Positions 60,886 to 64,000 of a stretch of DNA of 64,000 nucleotides are shown here, piece after piece. Within the stretch, counting starts at the first letter, position 1; every line of letters starts with the position of its first letter. The notes under the pieces are model-generated. The model made no database searches. It saw only the letters and a list, made by a program, of their open reading frames with translations, and was not told where the DNA came from. Source of the DNA: Raja brachyura (Eukaryota); the NCBI GenBank assembly GCA_963514005.1, contig OY740813.1, positions 10,168,001 to 10,232,000 on the forward strand, given 5' to 3'. Made by a program: the position numbers and the translations under genes.

Positions 60886-61455
60886 TTCTGCAGTTGTACA
60901 GAGCCCTAGTGAGACCACACCTGGAGTATTGTGTGCAGTTTTGGTCCCCTAATTTGAGGAAGGACATTCTTGCTATTGAGGGAGTGCAGCGAAGGTTTAC
61001 AAGGTTAATTCCCGGGATGGCGGGATTGGCATATGCTGAGAGAATGGAGCAGCTGGGCTTGTACACTCTGGAGTTTAGAAGGATGAGAGGGGATCTCATA
61101 AAATTGTTAAGAGCTTGGACACACTAGAGGCAGGAAACATGTTCCTGATGTTGGGGGAGTCCAGAACCAGGAGCCACAGTTTAAGAATAAGGAGTTAGCC
61201 ATTTAGAATGGAGATGAGGAAACACTTTTTCTCACAGAGAGTGGTGGATTTGTGGAATTCTCTGCCTCAGAGGGCGGTGGAGGCAGGTTCTCTGGATGCT
61301 TTCAAAAGAGAGCTAGATAGGGCTCTTAAAAATAGCGGTGAGGGGATATGGAGTGAAGGCATGAATGGGGTACTGATTTGGTATGATCAGCCATGATCAC
61401 ATTGAATGACGGTGCTGGGCCAAATGGCCTACTCCTGCACCTATTGTCTATTGTC
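60886..61455 (+). mobile_element. CR1 3' fragment in the FAM78A intron
   Basis: ORF 60894..61127 YRALVRPHLEYCVQFWSP...QRRFTRLIPGM; (ctattgt)n tail. Confidence 0.92.
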
Positions 61456-61526
61456 ATCAACAATTCATCATTCCAATGAAATCAAATGACCACCCCTGCC
61501 TAACAGGACATATTCTAAACATAGTA

Positions 61527-61666
61527 TGTGTAGGAAAGAACTGCAGATGCTGGTTCAATTCGAATGTAGACACAACATGCTGGAGTAACTCAGCGGGTCA
61601 GGCAGCATCTTTGGAGAGAAAGAATGGGTGATGTTTCGGGTTGAGACCCTTCTTCAGTCTGAAGAT
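61527..61666 (-). mobile_element. Short Penelope-derived insertion
   Basis: Same unit; ends in the near-palindrome tcttcagtctgaaga. Confidence 0.75.
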
Positions 61667-61934
61667 GTTTCTGTCGACCTCAACCTCCCCAAACATAAAC
61701 AGAGTAACTGCAAGGAAAATCAGGCTGTGCTGTTGTTAAACTGCTAAGAAGACAATGGAAGCATTTATTGGATGTGTTTATCGAATTCCGTTTCACAGGT
61801 TGCATAATATTATGGGCTGCAAAAGTATATAAAGAACAGAAGCAATGATCAAAGGGTCTCCACACAGTATGTATCCTATGTATTTACTATCAAGTTAATG
61901 CTTGTAATATCTTTAAAAGTGTCAGTACGGTGAT

Positions 61935-62399
61935 ATAGGCTGTCTTGCTATATCACCGATCGGCAGATCAACAGAGAAGATTATTGGCTGCAATCTTCCC
62001 TCCATTGATGAACTGTACACTGGAAGGGCCAGGAAGCGAGCGGGCAAGATCATCTCTGACCCCTCTCACCCTGGCCACAAATTATTTGAATCACTTCCCT
62101 CTGGAAGGCGACTCTGGACTGTCAAAGCTGCCACAGCCAGACATAAAAACAGTTTGTAATCCACGAGTAGTTGCTCTACTCAACAGCCAAAAATCTGTCG
62201 CCTCCGTTTGATCACGTATTTTGTTGGTTCACATGCTTGATCAATGGTGTTTTATCATTAATGTTTTATTATTATTAATGTTTAATGTTTTCTGAGTCAT
62301 TCGTAACTGTCACTGTATGTCATGTTGTTATTTGTGGGCAGAGCACCAAGACAAATTCCTTGTATGTGAATACTTGGCCAATAAACGTACTTACTTACT
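61935..62399 (+). mobile_element. Rex1/Babar-like LINE 3' end
   Basis: gcgggcaagatcatctctgacccctctcaccctggccac...ctggaaggcgactc (AGKIISDPSHPGH...SGRRL); ends aataaac(g)tacttacttact. Confidence 0.78.
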
Positions 62400-63254
62400 G
62401 AAAAGCTCTGTCTCATGTCCAGTAGTATTCTCAACTGTCTCCAGAAGGAGAATTACACAAATAAAGTAAGATAAAAGAAAGAAGGAAGGCAGCTGTGATA
62501 TCTAAAGTACCCAGATAAGTTTTTCATTGGCTGGACTTTCTACTCTAACAAATGCCCAGCTCTCTTTTTTTAGCATCCTCCCAGAAACAAACTATTCTGA
62601 CTTAGAATGTTAGTAAACTTTCTGAGGTTCTGTCAGAGTTCAGGGTTGGTTACATAACCTCCACTCTCTGCCCATAACCGTTGCATGTCATGTTTTAAAA
62701 CACTGACCACTTTTCTAAAAAGTTTCAAGCACTCTGCGACATTCTGAATTGCCGTTATTCTTTCTCTGTGCCGTCATAATGCTTAGCTTCATGATTTATA
62801 AATATGCCTCTTTAAACAAAACCTTAATTAAATAAATGCCATTATAATTATGGAACCCTTTAAATACAGTATTGTGGTGCTCCTGATGATGCACATTTTC
62901 TCCATTGAAACTTTTACTTTAAAAATAAAACCATCTGTTACTGAAAGTAAAGCACCAAAGCTCATGGGCTTGGCAACGCTACAGACAGACAGACCTTTAA
63001 TGTGTTTACTTCATGATGTGAGGAGGTACCGCAGCTCTTTGCCGTTCTGTTACTTTTAGAGACCAGTTTTTTACTCATCGCTCGGCCCAGGAAAGTAAAC
63101 TACATTAAGCATCAGCCCACAACATTAATTATAGCCTGAACCGCAATGTGTCTCCATGTCGTGGGGGGGGGGGGGGGGGTGTATAACTTGGAGGAGACCT
63201 TACACTAGCCATCCTTCAGAAGCCCTTCACCTCCCTGATGGGGGAGCTTATGCG

Positions 63255-63608
63255 CCATTCGGCCCTTCCAGCCTGCACCGCCATTCAATATGATCATGGC
63301 TGATCATCCAACTCAGTATCCCGTACCTGCCTTCTCTCCATACCCCCTGATCCCTTTAGCCACGAGGGCCACATCTAACTCCCTCTTAAATATAGACAAT
63401 GAACTGGCCTCAACTACCTTCTGTGGCAGAGAATTCCACAGACTCACCACTCTCTGTGTGAAAAATGATCTTCTCATCTCGGTCTTAAAAGACCTCCCCC
63501 TTATCCTTAAACTGTGAAACCTTGTTCTGGAGTTGCCCAACACCGAGAACAATCTTCCTGCACCTAGCCTGTCCAACCCCTTAAGAATTTTGTAAGTTTC
63601 TATAAGAT
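63255..63608 (-). mobile_element. CR1 3' fragment
   Basis: ORF 63313..63612 LIETYKILKGLDRL...FFTQRVVSLWNSLP, close to the 37929-38480 copy. Confidence 0.92.
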
Positions 63609-64000
63609 TCATCCAACTGGAGCCACTATCTTATACATAGTATAATATATTCTATACATAATATACTACACTATGTCTAAGTGTGTCTAATGTATAATAA
63701 CATTGTCTCTGAACTGTATTCAAAAAAATAATGTAATTGTTCATAGGTACACATCACAATAAAGTACCATTAAACTGTTGAGTATTCCATCACATTTCTG
63801 AATAATAATTCGTATAGTTGAATGGTTTGGGGGTTTCATCAGATGAGTCGCTCGCTGCACAAAAATCTAGCATCTAACCTTTTTTTTGCCAGAGTAGTTG
63901 TGGTGCTGGTCCAGTGATTTTTTTGAGTTAGTGGCAATCCACAATGGTTGGGGGGCAGTGGTGATTATGCCATTTACCATCAAGAATAGCTCTCTCTTGT

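Overview
Eukaryotic genomic DNA from a cartilaginous fish. The V-SINE, CR1 and Penelope repeat complement suggests a skate or ray (inference). The + strand carries the 3' half of NUP214: 17 GT-AG coding exons from 733 to the stop codon at 44141, all phase-compatible, including a 2040-nt low-complexity exon and the FG-repeat tail ending ...GWRG*. The - strand carries the last coding exon of FAM78A (60697-60145), convergent with NUP214 as at human 9q34. Introns and the intergenic space are dense with mobile DNA: a full-length decayed Passport-like Tc1, a hAT-Charlie MITE, a Gypsy remnant with its LTR, Helitron-like elements, CR1 and Rex1-like LINE ends, V-SINEs and many Penelope-derived pieces. 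Three observations stand out. (1) A 1.6-kb TIR transposon with a 7-bp TSD carries a spliced exon encoding a spindlin/Tudor-like domain. (2) About 90-135-bp Penelope-derived insertions with 13-15-bp duplications carry a minimal hammerhead ribozyme core and repeatedly end exactly at it. (3) NUP214 contains a Pro/Gln-rich array of 11 KxE motifs. Homologies are from recall of the families, not database searches, and repeat boundaries are approximate unless a TSD or TIR is quoted.
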